Assembly: GCA_965140415.1 (NCBI GenBank)
Contig: OZ223209.1
Span: 5,248,001-5,312,000, forward strand
DNA length: 64,000 nt
Direction: 5' to 3'
Origin: Myxococcota bacterium
GTDB lineage: Bacteria; Myxococcota_A; SURF-8
Notes under the pieces: model-generated
What the model was told of the DNA's origin: nothing
The model's input: the letters and a program-made list of their open reading frames with translations, nothing else
Database searches by the model: none
Shown here: positions 37,698 through 46,911 of the stretch, one piece after another
Layout: each line of letters opens with the position of its first letter
Position numbering within the stretch: the first letter of the stretch is position 1
Made by a program: the position numbers and the translations under genes

Positions 37698-37841
37698 AAA
37701 TGGGTTCGACGGAGTTTTGATTTGCTTGGGAATGACAAAAGGAATTGAATTACGGGAACTTGAACCGTCGGTTTCCGGTTGGGGCTCCCGACTCGACCAG
37801 GAAGACAAACGTTTGGAGCAGGGCTGGAGCTACTGCTCCAC
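37698..37841. repeat. About 144-bp dispersed element, copy 2
   Basis: Same orientation as 34271-34414; lies just downstream of the mnmG stop. Confidence 0.8.
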
Positions 37842-37862
37842 ATATTATTGCTATGATTTCGA

Positions 37863-39737
37863 CTAAAATGCGATATTCGGCTGGTTGCGGCAAAGTTCCA
37901 CCAGCACCAAAGACACCGCCGCCGGAGTCACGCCGCTGATGCGCCCCGCCTGTCCGATCGTCGCCGGGCGATGGCGTTCCAGTTTTTCCCGCACTTCGGC
38001 GGACAAGCCACCCACGCGCGAGTAATCGAAGTGGTCCGGGATTTCCAGATATTCCAGACGACGCTGCCGGGCGGCCTGCTCCCGCTGGCGCTCGATGTAA
38101 CCTTCGTATTTCAGTTCCACTTCGACCTGCATGCGTACCGCATCCGACACGCTCGCGAAATGCTCGTCCAAGGCGGGAAAATCTTCGGCCATAAGCTCGG
38201 GGCGCTTGATCAGCCGTGACAGAGGCAGGGGCTTTTGCAGAGGCTTCGTGTTGCGTCGTTCAAGTAAGGCGTTTAGCTTCTCGCCGGGCAGCACGACGGT
38301 TTTGCGCGCCCGCTCGACCTCGGCCTGGATGGCCGTCTGCTCCGCCCGGATTTCCTCCGCCGTTTCCTCGCTGACCAGGCCGACTTCGCGCCCGATTTCC
38401 GTTAACCGGTAGTGGGCGTTGTCCTCGCGCAACAGCAGGCGATACTCGGCACGACTGGTAAACATACGGTAAGGTTCTTCGGTGCCCAGCGTCACCAGAT
38501 CATCGATCAGTACGCCGGTGTAAGCCTGATCGCGTCGCAGAACGATCGCATCCTTTTTCTGTAGCTGACGCGCCAGGTTGATGCCCGCCATCAGTCCCTG
38601 AGCCGCCGCTTCCTCGTAACCGGAAGTGCCGTTGACCTGCCCGGCGAAATAAAGACCTGTAATGCGTTTGGATTCCAGCGAAGATTTCAACTGCGTAGGC
38701 GGAATGAAGTCATAATCCACCGCATAGCCGGGTTGCAGAATCACCGCGTCTTCCAGCCCCGGCACCGAGCGGTACATCAATTCCTGCGTATCCAGCGCCA
38801 GGCTGGTGGAAAAACCGTTACAGTAAATCCGGTTGCGATTCAATCCTTCCGGCTCCAGAAAGATCTGGTGCTTGTCCTTTTCGGCAAAGCGTACCACCTT
38901 ATCCTCGATGGAGGGGCAATAACGCGGTCCACGGCCCTTGATGATTCCGGTGAATAGCGGTGAGCGGTCCAAACCGGCGCGAATGATTTCGTGGGTGCGT
39001 TCGTTCGTATAGGTGATGTAGCAGCTTTGCAACGGCAACTTGTAGCCGTCGGAGTGACGCGAGAAAGGAAAGATCTTCTCGTCGGAGGGCTGCTCGATGG
39101 TTTTAGAGAAATCGATGCTTTCAGTGGCGATACGCGCCGTGGTGCCGGTTTTCAACCGTCCAAGCGTGAAACCCAGTTTGCGCAAGGATTCGGACAAACC
39201 CGCCGCCGGGGGATCGTCCACTCGCCCGCCGGGCGTTTTATCAAAGCCGATGAACAGGTACGCATCCAAAAAGGTTCCGGCAGTCAAGATCGCGCCTCGA
39301 GTCGCAAAGCGACGCCCGTCCACAAGCCGCAGCGCCTGCACTTTTCCACTTTCCGCTTCGATCTCTTCGACCATACCTTCGATGATGGAAACGCCGGGCT
39401 GTTCTTTCAAAGCCCGTGTCATGCGCTCGCTGTAAAGGTCCATGTCCGACTGCACCCGGCGCGCACGTACAGCGGGCCCTTTGCGGGTGTTCAGCAGCCG
39501 AAATTGAATGGCCGTTTCGTCGGCTGCTTTGGCCATCTCTCCGCCTAACGCATCGATTTCACAAACCAAATGCCCCTTGGCCAGTCCACCGATGGCCGGG
39601 TTGCAGGACATCTCCGCAATGCGGTTGATATCACTAGTGATCAGCGCGGCCTCAAAGCCCAGACGCGCCAGCGCCAGCACTGCCTCGCAGCCTGCATGCC
39701 CTCCACCAATTACGATAGCATCGAAACGATCATCCAT
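37863..39737 (-). CDS. mnmG: tRNA uridine-5-carboxymethylaminomethyl modification enzyme MnmG (GidA)
   Basis: IGGGHAGCEA, MSCNPAIGG, GPRYCPSIEDK, AGQVNGTSGYEEAAAQG, EPYRMFTSRAEYRL. Confidence 0.97.
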   Translation of the reverse strand: MDDRFDAIVIGGGHAGCEAVLALARLGFEAALITSDINRIAEMSCNPAIGGLAKGHLVCEIDALGGEMAKAADETAIQFRLLNTRKGPAVRARRVQSDMDLYSERMTRALKEQPGVSIIEGMVEEIEAESGKVQALRLVDGRRFATRGAILTAGTFLDAYLFIGFDKTPGGRVDDPPAAGLSESLRKLGFTLGRLKTGTTARIATESIDFSKTIEQPSDEKIFPFSRHSDGYKLPLQSCYITYTNERTHEIIRAGLDRSPLFTGIIKGRGPRYCPSIEDKVVRFAEKDKHQIFLEPEGLNRNRIYCNGFSTSLALDTQELMYRSVPGLEDAVILQPGYAVDYDFIPPTQLKSSLESKRITGLYFAGQVNGTSGYEEAAAQGLMAGINLARQLQKKDAIVLRRDQAYTGVLIDDLVTLGTEEPYRMFTSRAEYRLLLREDNAHYRLTEIGREVGLVSEETAEEIRAEQTAIQAEVERARKTVVLPGEKLNALLERRNTKPLQKPLPLSRLIKRPELMAEDFPALDEHFASVSDAVRMQVEVELKYEGYIERQREQAARQRRLEYLEIPDHFDYSRVGGLSAEVREKLERHRPATIGQAGRISGVTPAAVSLVLVELCRNQPNIAF

Positions 39738-40151
39738 GGTCGATTCCTGAAAACACGACAACCGCGAGAAACTAGCACCGTTTTTCAATTCGTGCAAGGC
39801 ATCATATTATGAGATATTACAAAGGATGCTGACCAGTCTCCATTTTCTCACTTTGTGTGAAAACCGCTCATGGCGAGTGATTACATGAGTTGTCGGACCG
39901 GGCAAGAAAACAATAACCAATTGTATTTACTAATATATTAGTAACTCGCGCACTGCTCTTCGATGGAGATCCCGCACCTACTGCGCTAAATCCTCCCTCT
40001 ACATTTCCCCTTTCTTTTTATTCTTACATATATGTCAGTTTTTTTACTGGTACTTCCTTTGGATTACTGATATTATAAACGAGTTATTAGGATTTCTTGT
40101 CGGTATGGGGATGCTGACCTGAGGTTCTTCGATTCGAAAAGGGGCTTTCGA

Positions 40152-40481
40152 ATGAAACTCATTGCAGCCAGCATTGACCGCATTGCGGTTGTGTTCACTA
40201 TCTTGTCCATTGTTTTATACTCACTATTCATATACGTTTTTCCCGAAAGAGCGGTGGGGTTGACATGGAAATCACCACTCTACTTCATCCTTTGTGCACT
40301 GGGAGCCAACTTGGTCGGCTTGGGACTGAGCCTGCTGCGTGCGCTTTGCAGGAAAAACAATGATTTGCGCCCGGCGAAACTGATACTGGTCAATGTAGCG
40401 ATATTTGGCCTGTTCATACTTGCTTTTCTGTTAACAAATGAAACCGCGATTCGAAGTGATCTGACTGCAAATTTATTTTAA
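40152..40481 (+). CDS. Small membrane protein (3 TM) in an AT-rich context
   Basis: AAGGGG RBS, three hydrophobic segments. Confidence 0.6.
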   Translation: MKLIAASIDRIAVVFTILSIVLYSLFIYVFPERAVGLTWKSPLYFILCALGANLVGLGLSLLRALCRKNNDLRPAKLILVNVAIFGLFILAFLLTNETAIRSDLTANLF

Positions 40482-40665
40482 ATCATCCAAACGAATATCT
40501 AGCGAACTCGCCTGCATTTTCCTTACATTTTACATGAAAAAACAACGCATTTTTCTCTTGCAAGATGCCCTTTGGGTTTGTACCATCCCATGTCGGATTT
40601 GCCAGCCTCAAGAACAGGAGGCCCCGCCACAATTGCCAGCGGAGTCGTAAAAAGGAGCGCAGCAG

Positions 40666-43272
40666 ATGAAACGCCGCATCAATACCCACGAATTTCCACG
40701 TCGAATCGCATGGTTGTCATTGATTTTCCTGCTTTCGAGCCTGTTTTTCGCCTGCGGAGAATCAGCAGAAGACAATCCTGATCTGGCCATTGCCGGTCCG
40801 TTTGCGATTTACTACGGTCAGACCTCTCCGACGTTGTATACCAGCATGACAAGCGCTCAACAGGCTGCCGTATTGCAAATCAGCATTCAACGCTCCAACG
40901 GTACCTATTCCTGCTCCGGCGCGCTGATCGCTCCGCGTGTCGTTCTGACTGCCGCCCACTGCGTCACGGAAAACGGCTCGAATCTTTCCGCAGGCAGCTT
41001 CACGGTGCATATCGGTTCGAACAGCTACTATCCGGACTACACCCTGCGACCGATGGCGATGTTCCGGCATCCTTCCTACAATCCCAACGATTACCGCTCG
41101 GAACGCCACGATGTGGCCGTGTTGATTCTGTCGAGCGCATTCAACAACGCCACACCACTGCCGATCAAGCGCGGCGGACTGGACGGGCTGGACGGCCACA
41201 ACAGCCAGGCGGTCGGCTTCGGTCGCACGCAATCGACGGATTACAACACCCAACGTTACTGGACAACCCTGCCGGTGGAATTCGTCGGCTGGGATTTCAT
41301 CGTGACCAACGGCCAGGGCTCCACCGGCATCGCGTCGGGCGACTCGGGTGGTCCATTGTTGTACAACTTCGGTTCGGGCGTACAGGTCGTCGGCGTCAAC
41401 AGCACCGGAATGGAATCCTCCGTGGATTATTCCTTCCAGGCTTCGGTGCACACCAACGAACAGTGGATTCAGCAGTATGTAGACACTTACAGCCCGGATA
41501 GCTGCACCAGCACTTGCAGCAACGTGGATTGCGGCACTTACCAGGGCTGCAACTGCGGCAGTTGCGCCTACGATGAACAGTGCAGCAGCAACCAGTGCGT
41601 CGATCTCGAAGGTCGCGGGGGCGGCTGCGTGAACATCGAAAGCTCCGGCACCCAGTGCACCACTACCGCCGATTGCAGCGCAGGTAAAATCTGTGCAACC
41701 TATGGCACGTCACGCGCTTGTGTGGATCGTTGCGAACCGCGCGCCTGCTCCGACCGGGACAACTCCAGCTTCTGCTACGGCTTCAACGGCGGAGACGTCA
41801 AGGTCTGCCTGGAAAGTTCCGCTCCCATCAGTAATTGTGCCAGCCAACAGGATGGTATGCCCTGTACCACGCCCGACGGCCATGCAGGGGTCTGCTTCCA
41901 GTTGTATAGCGGCGACTCCAAACGTTGCTATGAATACTGCGACGTGGTGGAAAACTGCGCTGATGGAACGGGTTGCATCACGGACAACTGCGAATCCTGG
42001 TGCCAGGCAATGAACGCCGAATGCGGCGGCGAAACGGCGGGTTGCTATTGCGGCGCCTGCGGTACGGGTGAACGCTGCGTGGACTTGGAATGCGTTTCCG
42101 ACGATCAATGCGATACCATCTGTGAAGCGGTGGATTGCGGCAGTTACCAGGGTTGCGACTGCGGCAGCTGTCAGAGCGGCTATAGCTGCGAGGAAAACGA
42201 GTGCGTATACGACGGACCGGCTTCCTGTTCCGAATTGTGCCAGGCGGTGGACTGCGGCAGTTATCAGGGTTGCGATTGCGGTGGCTGTCAGACCGGCTAT
42301 CACTGCGAAGGCAACGACTGCATCCAGGATATCCCGACCTGCGCCGACCTCTGCGAGGACGTGGATTGCGGCAGCTACCAAGGCTGTAACTGCGGTGGAT
42401 GCGGAACCAACGAAAGCTGCATTGAAAACACTTGTGTGGCGGATACTCCCGATTGTACCCAACTGTGCAGCGATGTGGATTGCGGCAGCTACCAAGGCTG
42501 TGACTGCGGTGGATGCGGAACCAACGAAAGCTGCATTGAAAATGCCTGTGTGGCGGATACTCCCGATTGTACCCAACTGTGCAGCGATGTGGATTGCGGC
42601 AGCTATCAGGGTTGCGACTGCGGAGAATGCGATGCCGGGAGTAGCTGCACGGAAAACCAATGCGTTCCCGACGATCCAAGTTGTGTGGACACCTGCAACG
42701 GCGTCGAATGCGGCACGGTGAGTGGCTGCAACTGCGGCAACTGCCAGGATGGCTATCATTGTGAAAACAACGTCTGCGTAGAGGGCGAACCGGACTGCAC
42801 GAGTATCTGCCAGGATCGCGAATGCGGCGAAACGGATGGTTGCAATTGCGGTTCATGTGCAGACGATGAAAGCTGCGTGGAAGGCGTATGCGAAGCGAAC
42901 GGCACCTGCGAACCGAATTGCGCCGGGAAGCAATGCGGCGATAACGGCTGCGGTGGCGTGTGCGGCGCCTGCTGGGTAGGCTACCAATGTGTGAACTATC
43001 AGTGCGTAGAGCAAGGCGTCTGCTTTGCAGAATGCTCCGGGCGCGAGTGTGGTGATGACGGCTGCGGCGGTTCCTGCGGTGAATGCGACTCGGACGAAAC
43101 ATGCAGCAGTTCCGGTATCTGCGAAGAAAAAAATACTAACGATGAAGATGACGACGGTGGTTCCGGCGGCGGCTGTCAGAATAGTTCCTCCGCTTCCGGT
43201 ATGATGCTGCTGTTGTTCTTCTTCCTGATCGGTTTCCGGCGCAGACTCACACACACCGGTTTTACAAAATAG
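40666..43272 (+). CDS. Trypsin-like (S1) serine protease with Cys-rich repeat stalk, lipobox and MYXO-CTERM-like tail
   Basis: LTAAHC, DVAVL, GDSGGP; VDCGSYQGC repeats; FFAC lipobox; GSGGGC-TM-RRR. Confidence 0.9.
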   Translation: MKRRINTHEFPRRIAWLSLIFLLSSLFFACGESAEDNPDLAIAGPFAIYYGQTSPTLYTSMTSAQQAAVLQISIQRSNGTYSCSGALIAPRVVLTAAHCVTENGSNLSAGSFTVHIGSNSYYPDYTLRPMAMFRHPSYNPNDYRSERHDVAVLILSSAFNNATPLPIKRGGLDGLDGHNSQAVGFGRTQSTDYNTQRYWTTLPVEFVGWDFIVTNGQGSTGIASGDSGGPLLYNFGSGVQVVGVNSTGMESSVDYSFQASVHTNEQWIQQYVDTYSPDSCTSTCSNVDCGTYQGCNCGSCAYDEQCSSNQCVDLEGRGGGCVNIESSGTQCTTTADCSAGKICATYGTSRACVDRCEPRACSDRDNSSFCYGFNGGDVKVCLESSAPISNCASQQDGMPCTTPDGHAGVCFQLYSGDSKRCYEYCDVVENCADGTGCITDNCESWCQAMNAECGGETAGCYCGACGTGERCVDLECVSDDQCDTICEAVDCGSYQGCDCGSCQSGYSCEENECVYDGPASCSELCQAVDCGSYQGCDCGGCQTGYHCEGNDCIQDIPTCADLCEDVDCGSYQGCNCGGCGTNESCIENTCVADTPDCTQLCSDVDCGSYQGCDCGGCGTNESCIENACVADTPDCTQLCSDVDCGSYQGCDCGECDAGSSCTENQCVPDDPSCVDTCNGVECGTVSGCNCGNCQDGYHCENNVCVEGEPDCTSICQDRECGETDGCNCGSCADDESCVEGVCEANGTCEPNCAGKQCGDNGCGGVCGACWVGYQCVNYQCVEQGVCFAECSGRECGDDGCGGSCGECDSDETCSSSGICEEKNTNDEDDDGGSGGGCQNSSSASGMMLLLFFFLIGFRRRLTHTGFTK

Positions 43273-43382
43273 TAAGACTATTAAAGGTTGTCTTAGGCAA
43301 CCTCTATAAAAATCCTGTTACCATCAACCCCAGGTCGTATTCCCCAATCGTTCGGATCGGCCAATCAAGCACGAGGTCAAGT

Positions 43383-46300
43383 ATGTTGCAACCACTGATA
43401 ATTCGGAAAAACCGTGCACTCTCGTCCGTAATCGTAATGATTTTCCTGCTTTTACCTTTCGCCTGTACAAATGGCGACTTCGTTGAAAAGCCGACCGATC
43501 CACCGCAAACCAGCGATCCGGCCACTCCGGCAACCGAAAACACCGGTACCTTGATGGCCGCTCCACGACCGATCTACTACGGGCAGACTTCACCAACCCT
43601 GTATACCAGTATGACAACCAGTCAACAGAATGCCGTGATGGCGCTCTGGAATACGACCTATAATTACGGCTTCTGTACCTCAACGCTGATTTCCCCGCAC
43701 GTTGTTCTGACTGCGGCCCATTGCGTGGTACAGGACGGATATCAATTGAGCCCAAGCGAAATCACGGTGCGCGTTGGCAGTAATGCCGCCAGTCCCATCG
43801 CCACGCTCTACCCTTCGGCGATTCACGTTAAAACCGGTTACAGCCCCAGCACTTACGATGCAGACACCGCCAACGATGTGGCCGTGCTGATTTTATCTTC
43901 CGGCTATACCGGCGTCACGCCGATTCCGATCAAGCAGAACGGCTTGAGCGGCTTGAGCGGTCACAGTGCGCAGTCGGTCGGCTACGGTCGCACGCAAAAC
44001 AACGACAACAACAACATCCGTTATTGGACCACCATGCCGGTGGAATACGTGAGCAACTCCTATGTCGAAGTCAACGGCAGCGGCTCCACCGGTCTGGCTC
44101 CCGGCGATTCGGGCGGTCCGTTGCTGTACAATTTCGGCTCCGGTCTCCGGGTGGTCGGTGCGGCTTCTACTTCCGAAGAGGGCTGGGTATACCATGGTTA
44201 TTACGCGCCCTTGTCCAATAACGAGACTTGGATTCAAGCATTCGTCGATCAATACGACAACGCCGAATGCGTGGCGACTTGCCAGCAGGTCGAGTGCGGC
44301 TCGTATCAGGGCTGCGAATGTGGTTCCTGCTCGACCGGCGAAATATGCCAGAGCAATCAGTGCGAGGAAATTCAGGCCGGAACCGGTGGAGCCTGCGTTA
44401 CCCTATCGCCCAGCGGAACGGAATGCTCCAGCGACTCCGAGTGCGGCTCGGGTGCGATGTGCGTACAATATCAGGGCGGTTCCAGCGAATGCGGCGAGGA
44501 ATGCGGCCCCGAAGCCTGCTCGCCCAACGATTCCGCCTCGTTCTGCTACCCCTTCAACAACGGCGAAATCAGCTTATGCCTGGAGGATTCCCCGGAAAGC
44601 TGCCCGCAGGAAGGTTATTCCTGCACCACCAGCGATAACCGCAGCGGCGTCTGTACCCAGGTGTATCAGGATGGTCCCATCGGTTGTTACACCTACTGCA
44701 CGCCGGTCGTAACCTGTCCGCAGGGAACGGCCTGCCTTCCCATGCAGCCCACCGACTGCACAAGTTGGTGCGAGGACAATGGTCTCGAATGCGATGGTGA
44801 GCAATTCGGTTGCGACTGCGGCCAGTGCGGCTCGAATGAAGTTTGCGACAACTTCAGTTGCCGTCCCTACGGCAGTTGCGGCGAACTTCCCATGGCCGGT
44901 TGCTGTGCAGGCGATACCTTGCGCTATTGCTACAACGGCGAACCGGGCGAGATCGACTGCGGCTCGCAGGGTTGCGGCTGGCAGGACAGCCAGGGCTACA
45001 CCTGCGGAGGCTCGGGAGAAAACGAAACCTACCCGATCGACTGCCCCACTCCCGATTGCTCGGCGCATTGCCAGGAAGTGGAATGCGGCGATTTCGTCGG
45101 CTGCGACTGCGGCAGCTGCGGGAGTGGTTATCACTGTGACGATAACACCTGCGTACAGGACGCACCCGGCTGCGATGTATTGTGCCAGCAGGTGGATTGC
45201 GGTTCGTACGAGGGTTGTGAATGCGGGCTCTGTCCCACCAATTACACCTGCGAAAGCAACACCTGCGTCGCTAACTGCGAGCGCATGTGCTACGACGTGG
45301 ACTGCGGCAGCTATCATGGTTGCGATTGCGGCGGCTGCGAGAGCGGTTATAGCTGCGTAAGCAACACCTGCACCCCCGACGGTCCCGACTGCTCCTCTCT
45401 TTGTGAAGACGTGGATTGCGGCAGCTACCAGGGTTGCGATTGCGGCGGCTGTCAGAGCGGTTATAGCTGCGTAAGCAACACTTGCACTCCAGACGGTCCC
45501 GACTGCGCCTCTTACTGCGAAGATGTGGATTGCGGCAGCTATCAGGGTTGCGATTGCGGCGGCTGTGAGAGCGGTTATAGCTGCGTGGAAAACACCTGCA
45601 CCCCAGACGGTCCCGACTGCACCTCCTACTGCGAAGACGTGGATTGCGGCAGCTACCAGGGTTGCAACTGCGGCGACTGTCAGAATGGCTATAGTTGCGT
45701 GGAAAACACCTGCACCCCAGACGGTCCCGACTGCACCGCCTTATGCAGCGATGTGGAATGTGGCAGTTACCAGGGTTGCGATTGCGGCGGCTGTGCAACG
45801 GGCACGCATTGCGAATCCAATGTCTGCGTGGACGATCTGCCTACCTGCGATGAAGTGTGCGAAGCGGTAGACTGCGGTAGCTACATGGGTTGTACCTGTG
45901 GTAGTTGTCAGAATGGCTATCACTGTGCGGAAAATGCCTGCGTCGAAGACGCCGCCACCTGCACGGATATCTGTCAGGGCATCGAATGCGGCGACGTGCA
46001 GGACTGCAACTGCGGCGTTTGCGGCGACAAGCAGGAATGCAGAGAGCAGCTCTGTGTGGACGTGACCCAGTGTTCGGAGGTTTGTGCCGATGTACAATGC
46101 GGCGTGATCGGAGACTGTCAATGCGGTTCCTGCCCGCAGGATACCTATTGTGAGAACGGATACTGCAAGCAGGGCGTCTGCGAGCCGGATTGCAACGAAC
46201 GCGCTTGCGGCGACGACGGCTGCGGCAATAGCTGCGGCTGGTGCGAAGACGGTAAAACCTGTAACGACGAAAACGGCCAGTGCGAAGAGCCGGTTTGTGT

Positions 46301-46661
46301 TGCCGACTGCCAGAACAAGAACTGCGGCGACGACGGCTGCGGCGGTTCCTGCGGAACCTGTTTGACGAACCAGCTCTGCCAGTCCGGAGTCTGCGTCGCT
46401 CCTCCCGCGACCTGCACGCCTCAGTGTCTGGGCAAGGTTTGCGGTGACGACGGCTGCGGTGGCTCCTGTGGAAGCTGCGGCGACGACGAACGCTGCTCCA
46501 ACGTTGGCAAATGCGTTTCAACCGATGACGACGGCAACAACGAAGATCCTACAGACGGCTCCGGCAGCGGTTGCCGCCAGAGCGACTCCCCCATGATAGG
46601 CTGGATGTTGCTGATGTTGCTCGGCCTTGTCGGACTCAGAAGAAAATCGATGCTGCACTAA
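43383..46661 (+). CDS. Trypsin-like (S1) serine protease, longer tandem paralog
   Basis: LTAAHC, DVAVL, GDSGGP; VDCGSYQGC and CGDDGCGGSCG repeats; PFAC lipobox; GSGSGC-TM-RRK. Confidence 0.9.
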   Translation: MLQPLIIRKNRALSSVIVMIFLLLPFACTNGDFVEKPTDPPQTSDPATPATENTGTLMAAPRPIYYGQTSPTLYTSMTTSQQNAVMALWNTTYNYGFCTSTLISPHVVLTAAHCVVQDGYQLSPSEITVRVGSNAASPIATLYPSAIHVKTGYSPSTYDADTANDVAVLILSSGYTGVTPIPIKQNGLSGLSGHSAQSVGYGRTQNNDNNNIRYWTTMPVEYVSNSYVEVNGSGSTGLAPGDSGGPLLYNFGSGLRVVGAASTSEEGWVYHGYYAPLSNNETWIQAFVDQYDNAECVATCQQVECGSYQGCECGSCSTGEICQSNQCEEIQAGTGGACVTLSPSGTECSSDSECGSGAMCVQYQGGSSECGEECGPEACSPNDSASFCYPFNNGEISLCLEDSPESCPQEGYSCTTSDNRSGVCTQVYQDGPIGCYTYCTPVVTCPQGTACLPMQPTDCTSWCEDNGLECDGEQFGCDCGQCGSNEVCDNFSCRPYGSCGELPMAGCCAGDTLRYCYNGEPGEIDCGSQGCGWQDSQGYTCGGSGENETYPIDCPTPDCSAHCQEVECGDFVGCDCGSCGSGYHCDDNTCVQDAPGCDVLCQQVDCGSYEGCECGLCPTNYTCESNTCVANCERMCYDVDCGSYHGCDCGGCESGYSCVSNTCTPDGPDCSSLCEDVDCGSYQGCDCGGCQSGYSCVSNTCTPDGPDCASYCEDVDCGSYQGCDCGGCESGYSCVENTCTPDGPDCTSYCEDVDCGSYQGCNCGDCQNGYSCVENTCTPDGPDCTALCSDVECGSYQGCDCGGCATGTHCESNVCVDDLPTCDEVCEAVDCGSYMGCTCGSCQNGYHCAENACVEDAATCTDICQGIECGDVQDCNCGVCGDKQECREQLCVDVTQCSEVCADVQCGVIGDCQCGSCPQDTYCENGYCKQGVCEPDCNERACGDDGCGNSCGWCEDGKTCNDENGQCEEPVCVADCQNKNCGDDGCGGSCGTCLTNQLCQSGVCVAPPATCTPQCLGKVCGDDGCGGSCGSCGDDERCSNVGKCVSTDDDGNNEDPTDGSGSGCRQSDSPMIGWMLLMLLGLVGLRRKSMLH

Positions 46662-46683
46662 GCATTACTATACCAGTAACCGA

Positions 46684-46745
46684 GTCGGACAGATATTCTG
46701 TCCGACATGAATTGGATTGTCGGTCAGAAAATCTGACCGACCTAC
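46684..46745. repeat. REP family A doublet
   Basis: GTCGGACAGA-tat-TCTGTCCGAC and GTCGGTCAGA-aaa-TCTGACCGAC-CTAC. Confidence 0.82.
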
Positions 46746-46766
46746 AGCCTACAGCCTGATTCCATG

Positions 46767-46901
46767 AATGTGTGGCATAGTCTTACGCGATCGAAGATCG
46801 TGGAAGGCTGTGTGTCTTCAATAAGTTACACACGGCCTCCCGGAATTTCCATTCCGTGAGACCATGGCACATCGTGATTGCTCGATGGACAGAAATGAGT
46901 A
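46767..46901. repeat. REP family C doublet (135 bp), copy 1
   Basis: 131/135 identical to 59153-59287; two inverted TGTG(C/G)CAT(A/G)GTCT..AGGC(T/C)GTGTGT units. Confidence 0.88.
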
Positions 46902-46911
46902 TTACCTAACT

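Noticed and set aside
32775-37841. Integron attC sites between co-oriented genes
   Set aside because: Family-B hairpins run GTT...AAC, the reverse of the attC order RYYYAAC...GTTRRRY, and there is no integron integrase.
39740-40150. oriC next to mnmG/gidA
   Set aside because: AT-rich, but no TTATCCACA-type DnaA boxes or parS site was seen.
42130-45900. CRISPR-like periodic repeats (GTGGATTGCGGCAGCTA...)
   Set aside because: The period is 117 bp, in frame, inside protease genes with wobble variation; these are protein repeats and no cas genes are present.
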